From: Gammaproteobacteria bacterium
GTDB taxonomy: Bacteria > Pseudomonadota > Gammaproteobacteria > Ga0077536
Assembly: GCA_963662545.2 (NCBI GenBank)
Contig: CAXXLL010000002.1
Span: 2,208,001 to 2,272,000, forward strand
Direction: 5' to 3'
Length of the DNA: 64,000 bases
Positions 9,078-18,366 of the stretch are shown piece by piece; position 1 is the stretch's first letter, and each line of letters starts with the position of its first letter. Under the pieces are notes generated by a model, which saw only the letters and a program-made list of their open reading frames with translations, was not told where the DNA came from and did no database searches. The translations under genes and the position numbers were made by a program.

Positions 9078-9324
9078 TAGCTACCAAAATTCGTTGCAAA
9101 ATTCGGGCGCCGACGATCCACCTAAACTCAAGCGACCTAAATCGAAGGGTTTATGGGTATCGCGTTCATTGGGTGTCTCGAAAATCGACACGTCCACCGT
9201 GTTAAGTCAAATAAGTCAACTCCGGCCCCCCCACCCGCCGTGTTTAGTCAATTAAGTCCCGGCTGGCACCCGCCCCCGTGCTCGGCGCAGTGGTACTCGA
9301 AGTCCGCGACGGACTGCTTGGGAT

Positions 9325-10302
9325 TCAATCAGGAGCAAGCGCCAATATTGCTTTGCGTGTCGCGATCAATCGATCTTCGTTCACCGGGCTCACCGCGAGC
9401 AGCGGCACATCAACCCCGGCGTCGCGGAACGCCTGCAGTTGCTTGCGGCAGTGGTCCGGTCTGCCAAACACGCAGACCTCATCGACCAGTTCGTCAGGGA
9501 TCTGCGCCGCGGCTTCCCGGCGGGTGCCCGATCGCCAGATTTTCTGCACCGCGTCCATCGCGCTCTTGAAGCCGGCGCGTCGCCACTGGCGCCGGTAGTT
9601 GGGAAGTTGGGCAAAGAAGGCGAGGTTGTAGCGCGCGGCGGAACGCGCCGCCGATTCGTCCTCGCTCACGAATGTCGGCACGCTCAAGATACAGCCGAAG
9701 GGCTCGGCGTCGCGTCCCGCCGCAGAGCGCGCCTCGGCGGCGGCCTCGATGAGTTTCGGCAGAGACGATACCGGCGACAGGAACGGCATCAGACCGTCGC
9801 CGAGCGCACCCGCTACCGCCGCACTTTCGACCGTGTTACCCGCGACGTAGAGCGGCACCGGATACCTCGAAGCCCGCAGCTTGAGGATCCCGTTGCCGGC
9901 CTCGCCGCGGAGTGCGTCCCGCACGGTAGCGACATACCGGCGCAGGTTCTCGCGCGCATCGCCCATGTCGATGCCGATCGAAGCCAGCAGGCTGCGATGG
10001 CTCATGCCGAGGCCGAGGATGAACCGACCGTTGCAAAGTTCGGTGACCGTTCGCGCCGTCAACGCCGCGAGGAAGGGGTGGCGCCAATAGATATTGGCGA
10101 TGTTGGTGCCGGTATCGATGTGCTGAGTGCCGAGTGCGATCGCCTCGGCATAGGCGATCGCGTCGCCGCGGCCCTCGTTGACGAACACCGACTCGTAGCC
10201 ATGTGCTTCGGCGAGTTGGCCGATTTCCACGAATTCCAGCGCCGGAGCCTCAGTCACCGTCGACAGCACGATCCCTAAACGCTCGCTGGAGCGTTTTGTC
10301 AT
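9325..10302 (-). CDS. LLM (luciferase-like) class oxidoreductase, possibly F420-dependent
   Basis: AEAHGYESVFVNE, GTNIANIYWRHP, GRFILGLGMSH and VPLYVAG motifs. Confidence 0.88.
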   Translation of the reverse strand: MTKRSSERLGIVLSTVTEAPALEFVEIGQLAEAHGYESVFVNEGRGDAIAYAEAIALGTQHIDTGTNIANIYWRHPFLAALTARTVTELCNGRFILGLGMSHRSLLASIGIDMGDARENLRRYVATVRDALRGEAGNGILKLRASRYPVPLYVAGNTVESAAVAGALGDGLMPFLSPVSSLPKLIEAAAEARSAAGRDAEPFGCILSVPTFVSEDESAARSAARYNLAFFAQLPNYRRQWRRAGFKSAMDAVQKIWRSGTRREAAAQIPDELVDEVCVFGRPDHCRKQLQAFRDAGVDVPLLAVSPVNEDRLIATRKAILALAPD

Positions 10303-10425
10303 TGCGTTGAAGGTGCCGGAGTTGACCGAGCTTGAATCTTTCTAGAGGCAGCTGTCGGCCTTGCAGTCGGATTCGAAGCGGGCCAGCACCACCATCGCAG
10401 CCGTCTCTGGCCGGCGCTCCTCTTG

Positions 10426-11190
10426 CTAATCGTCCGTCCCCAGCCAGCCGCCGTCGACCGGCAGGATGGCACCGCTGGCGAAGCTTGACGCGGCGCTCGC
10501 GAAATAGAGCGCCGCGCCGACGATCTCCTCGGGTTGGCCGCCGCGCTCGAGCGCGGCCCGCCGGGCGCGTCTGCCAAAGACTTCCATGTCCCAAGCCTTC
10601 GAGATGTCGGTCAGAAACGGACCGGCCATGATGCAATTAACCCGTACCTTGGGGCCGTATTCTTGGGCAAAAGCCCGGGTGATGGCATTCAGCGCCGCTT
10701 TCGCCGCACCGTAAGGCTGCGCTGTCGGGCTTGGCGTCATCGCCGCCGTGCTCGAGATATTGATGATCGAACCGCCCTCGCCCTCCATCATCTGTTTGCC
10801 GACGACTGCGCTCAGACGAAACGGCCCCTTGAAGTTGAGTGCCACGACCTTGTCGAACAATTCCTCGGAGATCTGTTCCAGCGAAGGATAGAGTGGCGAC
10901 AAGCCGGCATTGTTGACCAGGATATCGATCCTGCCGAAATGGTCGTTGACCGCAGCGACCATCGGATCGAGTTCGTCCCAATGACCGATGTGGCAGGCGT
11001 AGGGAAAGGCGCGGCGGCCCTTTATTTCGATTTCAGCAGCCGCTTTTTCGCATTGCTCGAGCTTGCGGCTCACGATGGCGACATCGGCACCGTGGTCCGC
11101 GAATGCCAGCGCCATCTCGCGCCCGAGGCCGCGGCTGCCGCCGGTAATCAAGGCGACCTTGCCGGTCAGATCGAATAGATCTTCAGTCAT
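10426..11190 (-). CDS. Short-chain dehydrogenase/reductase
   Basis: TGGSRGLG, NNAG and YGAAK motifs. Confidence 0.93.
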   Translation of the reverse strand: MTEDLFDLTGKVALITGGSRGLGREMALAFADHGADVAIVSRKLEQCEKAAAEIEIKGRRAFPYACHIGHWDELDPMVAAVNDHFGRIDILVNNAGLSPLYPSLEQISEELFDKVVALNFKGPFRLSAVVGKQMMEGEGGSIINISSTAAMTPSPTAQPYGAAKAALNAITRAFAQEYGPKVRVNCIMAGPFLTDISKAWDMEVFGRRARRAALERGGQPEEIVGAALYFASAASSFASGAILPVDGGWLGTDD

Positions 11191-11355
11191 AAAAAAAGCC
11201 TCGTGTCCTCAGTCGTTCCATAGGTTGTGCGCCGTATCAGTGGACGCTGCAGTGCCTTGTTCGCCCGCAAGCGGACTACTACAAATGTGTCACCTTAGGA
11301 GCCCGCTTGCGGGCGAACGGGCCGATCATCGGTCACATAAGCTCCACCGCGCAGA

Positions 11356-11858
11356 TTAATCTTCGTAATCGTCCGGCATGCGGTAACCCGTGATGCCCGG
11401 AATGCTCGGCAGATCCCCGCCGCCAGCACCCGCCACGAGCTGGGCCTTGAGCCCCTGCTCCATGTGGTGCGAGATGTCGCAGTGCACGAGATAAGTGGCA
11501 TCGTCGCTGGGCACGATGAAGGTACCGCTCTTCGCCGCCTTACCGTTGACCTCGAGATGAAACATCCCTTGCGGGTAAAGGTAACGCGGCAGACCGTGCA
11601 CCATCCACTGATGCCGAACCGCGTCCTCGTTGGTCAGGGTCACGGTGATGCGGCTGCAGGGCGCGACCCGCCATGCGTGGGCATCGTAACCGAAGGTTCG
11701 CCCGCGGATCGCGTGGGCGCGCCCTACCCGGACGCTCAATTCAAGCTCGTCTGTGATCGCCTGGCAATCCTCCGGCAGCCGATCCTTGTTCTCGTTCATC
11801 ACCATACCGTCGCGTGATGATGATGGTGCGCGGCATCCGCTGGCGTTAACCGAATCAT
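11356..11858 (-). pseudogene. Cupredoxin-domain (type-1 copper) protein, N-terminus apparently frameshifted
   Basis: HQWMVHG and HCDISHHMEQG copper ligands lie in the frame starting at ATG 11805. An upstream ATG at 11858 reads MIRLTPADAAHHHHHA in another frame. No signal peptide is in frame. Confidence 0.6.
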
Positions 11859-12064
11859 AGGGCCGACGCGCGATGGGTTCAAGCCGGCGGTCCGCGTTTT
11901 TCAAGCAATTTCAATGTATTAATCGGCATCAAGAGCAAACCCCGGGGGCGGCGATCGGCGGTGCGATACGCGGTGAAGTTCGCGTCAAGGCGAATCGTTG
12001 CCCGTGCGCGACGCCGGCCGAATTCGGCGCGTTCGACCGCACGCGGGGTCCGCCGGATGATGTC

Positions 12065-12088
12065 AAAAAAAGGGGCCGTCCCGGCCCC
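12065..12088 (-). terminator. Rho-independent terminator of the frhB-like/korAB operon
   Basis: The minus strand reads GGGGCCG-GGA-CGGCCCC followed by T7, about 90 bp after the reconstructed beta-subunit stop. Confidence 0.8.
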
Positions 12089-12174
12089 GCAAAAGAGTTG
12101 CCACCATGCTGGCATCGCGCTGTGCAGCGCGATCGGCACGGCAGTGTGGGAGGAAACAAGTTGTCGTCTACGCT

Positions 12175-13003
12175 TTACCTCATGAATGACTGCATCGTTT
12201 CCTGGTATCTCGCCAAGAGATCCGGCGCTGCGATGTCTTGTAAGGCCGCGGGCGCGAATTCACCCGTACGTGCGAGCGATTCCAGTGCCGGACGCTCGCC
12301 GCGATAGATCAATCCCAGGGGCAATCTCCCGGCGGCGCGGAGTTCATTCATACGCGCGAACGCGGCGGCGCGATCGCTCGGGTCATAGCCCGAATCCGCA
12401 TCGACGTCGTATACCGAAGTCCGCCATTCCCGATAGGTATCGTTATAGGTTACGTCCGTTAGTGGAATGTCTCAAGGCCTCGATGGTGAGCTTGAGCAAC
12501 TGCGCAGGCTGGCCGGTGTAAGCGCGCGCGAGAAAACTGGATCCGGGAATGCTCAAGCCGAGCATGATGGGATCAAAGTCCTCTTCGATATTGTTACCGA
12601 ATCCGGCCGGGCTGGTCGGCGACGGCTGACCTTTGGTCAGGCCGTAGGTGCCGTTTTGCATGACGGTATAGGTCACGCCCGGATTCCGTTTTAAGGCATG
12701 CACAAAATGTCCACAGCCGATGGCGTAGCCATCGCCGTCACCGCCGACACCGATAACAGTGAGTTCGGGGTTGGCGAGCTTTACGCCGGTCGCTGTTGGC
12801 AGCACGCGACCGTGCAGCGCATGATAGCCGTAGCACGTCACATTGTTCTGCAAGGAGCCGGAGCATCCGATGCCGGCGACGATCAGGCGCTCGTGTACGG
12901 GGACTTCGAGTTCGTCTAACGCGTTGACGAGCGCCTGCTGAACACCGAAATCACCGCAACCGGCGCACCAAATCGGGCGAACAGGATCAAATGTATGAGT
13001 CAT
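12175..13003 (-). pseudogene. korB: 2-oxoacid:ferredoxin oxidoreductase beta subunit, frameshifted by an internal deletion
   Basis: WCAGCGDFG, GIGCS, HGRVLP and GGDGDG motifs are present. The frame breaks after EALRHSTNG. The C-terminus (VTYNDTYREW...LPLGLIYRGERP...FMR*) resumes in another frame from 12453 to 12175. The expected segment ending SPC is missing. Confidence 0.85.
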
Positions 13004-14787
13004 GCGACTTCCGCCTTCTGATTGCTAACGTCGTTCGACACATGGTCGACGATGTCTTCTGCACGCATCGGCGTGCCGTCATATTTGAGAACGCTGTCGA
13101 TATGCTTTCTGTCGCCACCCTGACCTATGATCAGATTTGCAAGCTGCGCAGTGGCGTTGTACTCGACGACGTAAACCTTGCGACAGCTGTGCGTGAAAGC
13201 CACGGTCTCATCAAGCATCGGCCACAGGGTGCGTGGCTGGTGATACTGCGTGGCGATCCCTTGGTCGGCGAGCAAATCCATGGCTTCGAGAATGACGCCA
13301 TAAGCCATGCCGACGCCGATGAATCCAATCTCCGCATCGTTCGGTCCATGCGATATTGCGAGCGGTAAATCCGGCACTACAGACCGCATCTTTTCCATGC
13401 GCTTATCCATCATTCGCTTGCGATTGATGGGGTCGGTCGAGACGTGCCCGAACTCGTCGTGTTCGTTGCCGGTGACGAGCCACATCCCGCCCGGCGTGCC
13501 GGGCTGAGCGAATGCAGATACGCCGTCATCACTGAACGCATAGCGTTTGTAAACCTCCATCCCTGCCAGCGTCTCGGCATCGAGGCGTTTACCGCGGTCG
13601 ATGTCTATCTCATCGAGATTGAAGGGATCGACAGTAGCAGTGTTCTGGGCCAGGCCTTGGTCCGACGCAATGAACACCGGACATTGATAACGCGCCGCCA
13701 GGTTCGTCGCCTTGATGGCCAAATGAAAACACTCTTCCGGGTGACTCGGCGCGAGTACGATGCGGGGGAAATCGCCGTGTCCGCCGTACACGAGCAGGTT
13801 GATGTCACTCTGCTCAGGCTTGGTCGGTAGCCCCGTGCTCGGTCCGCCGCGTTGCGCGTCGACGATAACCAGCGGGATTTCCGCCATACCGAGCTGTCCT
13901 ATGCCTTCCTGCATTAGCGACAGGCCGGGGCCACAGGTTGCACACATCGCGCGGGTCCCGGTCAAGGCGGCACCGATCGACATGTTGATAGCCGAGAGCT
14001 CATCTTCGGCCTGACGTACGATGCCCCCAAACTTCGGCATCCATTTGACCAGCCATTCCATGATTTCGGTGGACGGCGTGATCGGATAGCCGGCATAAAA
14101 ACGCCCGCCCGCCACCAGGAAGCCAAAAGCCAGGGCTTCGTTGCCGGTGATCAACATGTGTGGCCGTGCGTCGACGGGAACGATTTCATACATACCGTCT
14201 TCCTTCGTCAGGCCCACTTCATCGGCGAGTGATAATCCCACGGTCAGCGCGTTGAGGTTGTACTTGAGCGCCTGGGCGCCGCGGCGCGAAAAGCGTCTCT
14301 CGAACGCGCGCCGCATCTCTTCGTCGTCGAGACCAAGCAGGCGGCCGATGACGGCAAAGGAAATACTGTTTTTGTAGAGATCGCGTCGGAAGGTGCGCAC
14401 TGCATGGCGGCTCAAGGGCACACCGAACATGCGTGCGCCCTCGGGCACACCGGCATCATCCGGTAGTCCTCCGCCCGAGTTGTCGTAGATAACGACGCTG
14501 CGGTCGTTAAGACGATAAGCATGTTTTTTCACCGCGGCCAGGTCGAATGCGACCAAGAGATCGATATGGCTGCCAATACACAGACGCTCGCCGGCGAATG
14601 CGCGCAAGGTAGCCGCCGTAATTCCGCCCTTGATGCGCGACAAGACGTCGCGTTCGGTGTAGACACGCATGCCGCTCGAGCGTAATACGTCGGCTAACAC
14701 GTTAACGACGGTCAGCGATCCGTCGCCGCCCTGGCCGGAAACGATGACGTTGAGATCTTCCAGCAATGGTTTCGTCGTAGTGTTCAT
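13000..14787 (-). CDS. korA: 2-oxoacid:acceptor oxidoreductase alpha subunit (gamma-alpha fusion type)
   Basis: SGQGGDG, TGNEALAFG, YPITPST, QAEDE and QRGGPSTGLPT motifs. ATG 14787 overlaps the upstream TGA and has RBS GGAG. Confidence 0.93.
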   Translation of the reverse strand: MNTTTKPLLEDLNVIVSGQGGDGSLTVVNVLADVLRSSGMRVYTERDVLSRIKGGITAATLRAFAGERLCIGSHIDLLVAFDLAAVKKHAYRLNDRSVVIYDNSGGGLPDDAGVPEGARMFGVPLSRHAVRTFRRDLYKNSISFAVIGRLLGLDDEEMRRAFERRFSRRGAQALKYNLNALTVGLSLADEVGLTKEDGMYEIVPVDARPHMLITGNEALAFGFLVAGGRFYAGYPITPSTEIMEWLVKWMPKFGGIVRQAEDELSAINMSIGAALTGTRAMCATCGPGLSLMQEGIGQLGMAEIPLVIVDAQRGGPSTGLPTKPEQSDINLLVYGGHGDFPRIVLAPSHPEECFHLAIKATNLAARYQCPVFIASDQGLAQNTATVDPFNLDEIDIDRGKRLDAETLAGMEVYKRYAFSDDGVSAFAQPGTPGGMWLVTGNEHDEFGHVSTDPINRKRMMDKRMEKMRSVVPDLPLAISHGPNDAEIGFIGVGMAYGVILEAMDLLADQGIATQYHQPRTLWPMLDETVAFTHSCRKVYVVEYNATAQLANLIIGQGGDRKHIDSVLKYDGTPMRAEDIVDHVSNDVSNQKAEVA

Positions 14788-16103
14788 GCCGGATTCTCCT
14801 TTTTCGGTTGTGCCTTTTTCTTCGGCGGTGGGGGTGGCAGCGGCCGCCAATCCTTCGCGGAATTACCCTCCTCCCAACCACGATAGTAGTTCTTGGGATC
14901 CAGATTGCCGATTTCCTCGCGCTCGGAAAGCGTCGGCATCAAGGCCGGCAACGGCCGATTACGTTTGTATTTGGATAAACGGATCAGCAGATCTCTGGCT
15001 TTCGGCACTTCGTCCAGCGCCATGATCTCGATCCAACCGAATTCGCGCAGGGCCTGGAATGCCTTGTGCCCCGCTGCCGTTCGGATCACGGTGAAAGTCC
15101 AGCCACTGAGCCCGATACCGCCGAGACCAATGTCGGCATTGTCGGCCGCGTAGTCTTTGCAATACAGACATGCCGGTCGCGCATATTTGCCAAACTTCTT
15201 CAGCGACAGGACTTCCTCGCGGCCGTCCCGCAGGGTGATTTCGACTTTGCCCTTGATGTTGATCTTGGAGATATCACGCCGCAGCACGTCGAGTTCCTGC
15301 GACAGCCAGTCGATGCCTTTCGAGGTGAAAGCCTCAGAGCAGAACAAACCGATGACGAGGCCGATGTTTTCGCGGTACCACTCGGCTACATCGAGTCGGA
15401 TGGCGCTGAACTGCTGCTGGCGCACGCCGTCGACCTGACAGGGCACCCCGACGACTGCGAGCGGGCCAATGCCGCGCTTCATGGCATCGATGAGCGTCAG
15501 CGTATTGGGTTGGTAGGTATATCGCGACCGCACGCTCTGCATCACTTCCTCTTCCGTCGTGGCCAGCCTGGCGTAGCCCATCGACGGATCCTCCGGATCT
15601 TCGTTGCCGACGACTGCTGCCTTGATGGTGCCCTGCTGCATCCCGTGGATGATCAGCGCACTGCAGATGCCGCCGTCCTGTCCTTCCTTGAGGATGTAGT
15701 CCTTGGTGGTGCGCGCGAGTACGCCGTAGGAGTACGGTCCAAAGCCTTCGTCCTTGATCGGTTCTCGCAACCCGATCTGTTCATTCAGATCTTGATCCGT
15801 CGGGCGCAAAATCGGACACGCATCCACGCACAGTTCGCAGAACACACAGGCATCGTCACGCGTGTCGACGGGTTTTTCATCCTCGTAGTCGAAGACATCC
15901 ACCGGGCAAATCGTCACACAGGCCGCGCACCCTACGCATTTGCCGGCATGGACGACTTCGTCCATGAGCATATCGACCGCCTTGAACCCGCCGCGGTTGA
16001 ATTCCGAGCGCCAGGCATAGGCCCATTCATTGGGGTCCGCGCCCTCCTCGACCAGCGCGCGATAGCGCCCGTGTACTTCTTCGGTCAGACTGTCGAGATC
16101 CAA
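14784..16103 (-). CDS. Coenzyme F420 hydrogenase/dehydrogenase beta-subunit (FrhB/FdhB) family protein with N-terminal 2x[4Fe-4S] ferredoxin domain
   Basis: CVGCAACVTICP, CVFCELCVDACP, GQDGGICSAL, VGVPCQV, IGLFC and ACLYCKDY..NADIGLG motifs. TTG start after AAGGAG. Confidence 0.9.
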   Translation of the reverse strand: MDLDSLTEEVHGRYRALVEEGADPNEWAYAWRSEFNRGGFKAVDMLMDEVVHAGKCVGCAACVTICPVDVFDYEDEKPVDTRDDACVFCELCVDACPILRPTDQDLNEQIGLREPIKDEGFGPYSYGVLARTTKDYILKEGQDGGICSALIIHGMQQGTIKAAVVGNEDPEDPSMGYARLATTEEEVMQSVRSRYTYQPNTLTLIDAMKRGIGPLAVVGVPCQVDGVRQQQFSAIRLDVAEWYRENIGLVIGLFCSEAFTSKGIDWLSQELDVLRRDISKINIKGKVEITLRDGREEVLSLKKFGKYARPACLYCKDYAADNADIGLGGIGLSGWTFTVIRTAAGHKAFQALREFGWIEIMALDEVPKARDLLIRLSKYKRNRPLPALMPTLSEREEIGNLDPKNYYRGWEEGNSAKDWRPLPPPPPKKKAQPKKENPA

Positions 16104-16242
16104 AATCGAACTCCTTCGTTCATACGAAACGTGATCAATTTGAGTTTAGGTGTAGTCAAGGCCGGAAACACAGTGTGGAATCGTGCACGCGCGCGGCCAA
16201 AGTCGGTGGGGCGTGGTCGAAACGCGCAGACCCAGCGGAACG

Positions 16243-16815
16243 ATGACTAAACCGGCCAAACAGACCTTGCATCGGGACGGCTGGCTCAAGAAGGCGCTGG
16301 ACGTCCTCTTCTCGCACGGCATCAACAATGTCAAAGTCGAAATCCTCGCACGTGAACTCGACGTTACCAAGGGCAGCTTCTACTGGCATTTCAAGAACCG
16401 GGACGAATTGCTCCAAGACATGGTCGATTGGTGGCGCAACAATCAGATCGGGTTCATCGACGGGCTCGACGTCCTGCACATCACTGATGCGCCCAACCTG
16501 ATCAAGTCTGTTATCGAATTCACGCATCATACCGATGACTCGCGCCACGACGTCGCCATGCGCGAATTCGCCCGGTTCGACGACTACGCGGCGGTCGCCG
16601 TCGCTGAAATCGACCGCCGGCGGATCGAATATCTGTCAGCCCTGTTCCGGGCCGCGGATTTCGACGAAGCCGAATCTCTGCTGCGCGCGCAGGCGCTCTA
16701 CTTCTACCAGGTGGGCGAGTACACGACCTCCTTAAATATCGATTCGGACCTACGCGACGAACTCGCAGAACGCCGTTTCCGGTTGCTCATCACGCATCCG
16801 CAAGATCCCGATTAA
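16243..16815 (+). CDS. TetR/AcrR family transcriptional regulator
   Basis: HTH segment LARELDVTKGSFYWHFKNRDELL. Divergent from the frhB-like operon. Confidence 0.93.
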   Translation: MTKPAKQTLHRDGWLKKALDVLFSHGINNVKVEILARELDVTKGSFYWHFKNRDELLQDMVDWWRNNQIGFIDGLDVLHITDAPNLIKSVIEFTHHTDDSRHDVAMREFARFDDYAAVAVAEIDRRRIEYLSALFRAADFDEAESLLRAQALYFYQVGEYTTSLNIDSDLRDELAERRFRLLITHPQDPD

Positions 16816-16880
16816 ACGACCCGAATGAATTGTCTGATCCACTGTTAAATCAGTTAGTTAATCGCTCTAAACGCGCTTAC

Positions 16881-16900
16881 TCCGTACGGCACCGTATGGA
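16881..16900. promoter_or_regulatory. Imperfect palindrome, possible operator
   Basis: TCCGTACGG-CA-CCGTATGGA, 9-bp arms with 1 mismatch, downstream of tetR. Confidence 0.3.
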
Positions 16901-17116
16901 CGCGATGCCGCAGTGTAACGGCGCTGTAGCCGCATTGCAATCCCGTAAGCGTTCTATACAAAGAATAATCAAGACTGGGCGGCGGCGGATTCGAAGCTGG
17001 TGATGAAGGGCTGACAACGCGGCACTGCTAAGGCCTCCGTGCCATTTGCGAGACGTAGGGATCTTGCCTCGATATTGAAAAATTACGTGGCGACGGGCAA
17101 GGCGATTACGTATCCG

Positions 17117-17965
17117 TCAATGGCACTTTTCTTTGATGCCGCGCTTCAACATGAAGTAATTGACGGGATAACCGGCCGCGTAGCCGGCGACTACCGCGAT
17201 GGCCATCGCGATCCAGAATTGCGTCGTGAAAATCGAACCGGCCGTCATGCCACCGACCAGATAGTCGACTGCGTTCATCGCGATCTCCATCGTGCCGATC
17301 GAGATGGACTCGCCCAGCCACACGAGCTTAAAGGCCGCCCCGACAGCCATCCCCTGGCGCAAGGTGAGTGGGATCAGGGTCAGGGAGAATCCACTGATGA
17401 AGGCGAGCGCGGTCGCGAAAAGTGCGATCGCCACAGGGGGCCAGCCGAGGGCGACACCGATCAACAGCCCAATGCTCTCACCGATCACACAACCGGTCAG
17501 GCAGTGCAGAGTTGCGGACGCGACGAGGCCGGTGCTGAAGACGGTCTTTGGGGATGGTACGTCGATGTGTTCTTCGGTCATCGTCATGTTTCGATCGCTC
17601 GGTTCTGCGGGAACGGCATCGCCCGCCTTGCGTAAAAGATTTAGTACCAAGGTACGGACGCGCGGGTCAATATAAACGGATTGTTCGTCGAATGCCCCTA
17701 ACAGTGCACGCAGGTCGACATCTCGCGAATCCTGGAACGTGGGCGTTGCGGGGTATTTCCCAGGGCGCGTACCGGAGTCGACCTTAGCGATTCGTACGCC
17801 CTCTGCCTCGCTCCATAAAAAAGCGTGTTCTTCTGCACCACTGGATACCGTCAATTGTAGCGAAGCGACCACGTCCGTTTCGCTGTCCCACACGAACAGG
17901 TCCAAGGCATCGCCCTGGAACCAACGGGCGCCGTCCGGCGTCTGCGTTTCGATTTCTCGCATCAT
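17117..17965 (-). CDS. Two-part ORF: soluble hypothetical domain fused to DUF4396-like membrane domain
   Basis: The C-terminal half has ATLHCLTGCVIGE, ESISIGTMEIAMN and YPVNYFML with 4 TM segments. The N-terminal ~125 aa is hydrophilic. Confidence 0.7.
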   Translation of the reverse strand: MMREIETQTPDGARWFQGDALDLFVWDSETDVVASLQLTVSSGAEEHAFLWSEAEGVRIAKVDSGTRPGKYPATPTFQDSRDVDLRALLGAFDEQSVYIDPRVRTLVLNLLRKAGDAVPAEPSDRNMTMTEEHIDVPSPKTVFSTGLVASATLHCLTGCVIGESIGLLIGVALGWPPVAIALFATALAFISGFSLTLIPLTLRQGMAVGAAFKLVWLGESISIGTMEIAMNAVDYLVGGMTAGSIFTTQFWIAMAIAVVAGYAAGYPVNYFMLKRGIKEKCH

Positions 17966-17978
17966 CGCTCAGTGCGCG

Positions 17979-18326
17979 TCAATTGTCCCCGCTCCAAGCG
18001 CCGTAACCGCCTTTGAGCGACATGACCTGTTCAAAGCCCATGTCCTGCATCACTTTCGCCGCCAGCGCCGAGCGTCCCCCGCCCTGACAGTAGACGACGA
18101 CCGGAGCCGATCGATCCGCCAGCGCCGCCTCGGAACTCACTTTCCATTCGATGAGTCCGCGCGGGACCTGAAGAGCCCCCGTGATCGTGCCTTTGGCCCA
18201 TTCCGGCGATTCGCGTACGTCGACGAAGGTGACGGCAACGTCCAGCAGTTCCTTCGCTTTTGCAACATCGATCTCGGTGATCTCTGCCTTTGCTTGCTTA
18301 ACGATATCTTCAACCGTTTTTGCCAT
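17979..18326 (-). CDS. Rhodanese-like domain protein
   Basis: VDVRE, VVYCQGGGRS and LKGGYGAW motifs. Confidence 0.92.
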   Translation of the reverse strand: MAKTVEDIVKQAKAEITEIDVAKAKELLDVAVTFVDVRESPEWAKGTITGALQVPRGLIEWKVSSEAALADRSAPVVVYCQGGGRSALAAKVMQDMGFEQVMSLKGGYGAWSGDN

Positions 18327-18366
18327 CAGTAATTCTCCCTCGTCTTAAATCTACCACCGAACCACC

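Noticed and set aside
10303-10425. tRNA-like sequence containing TTCGAATCC
   Set aside because: The flanks do not form a T-stem or cloverleaf.
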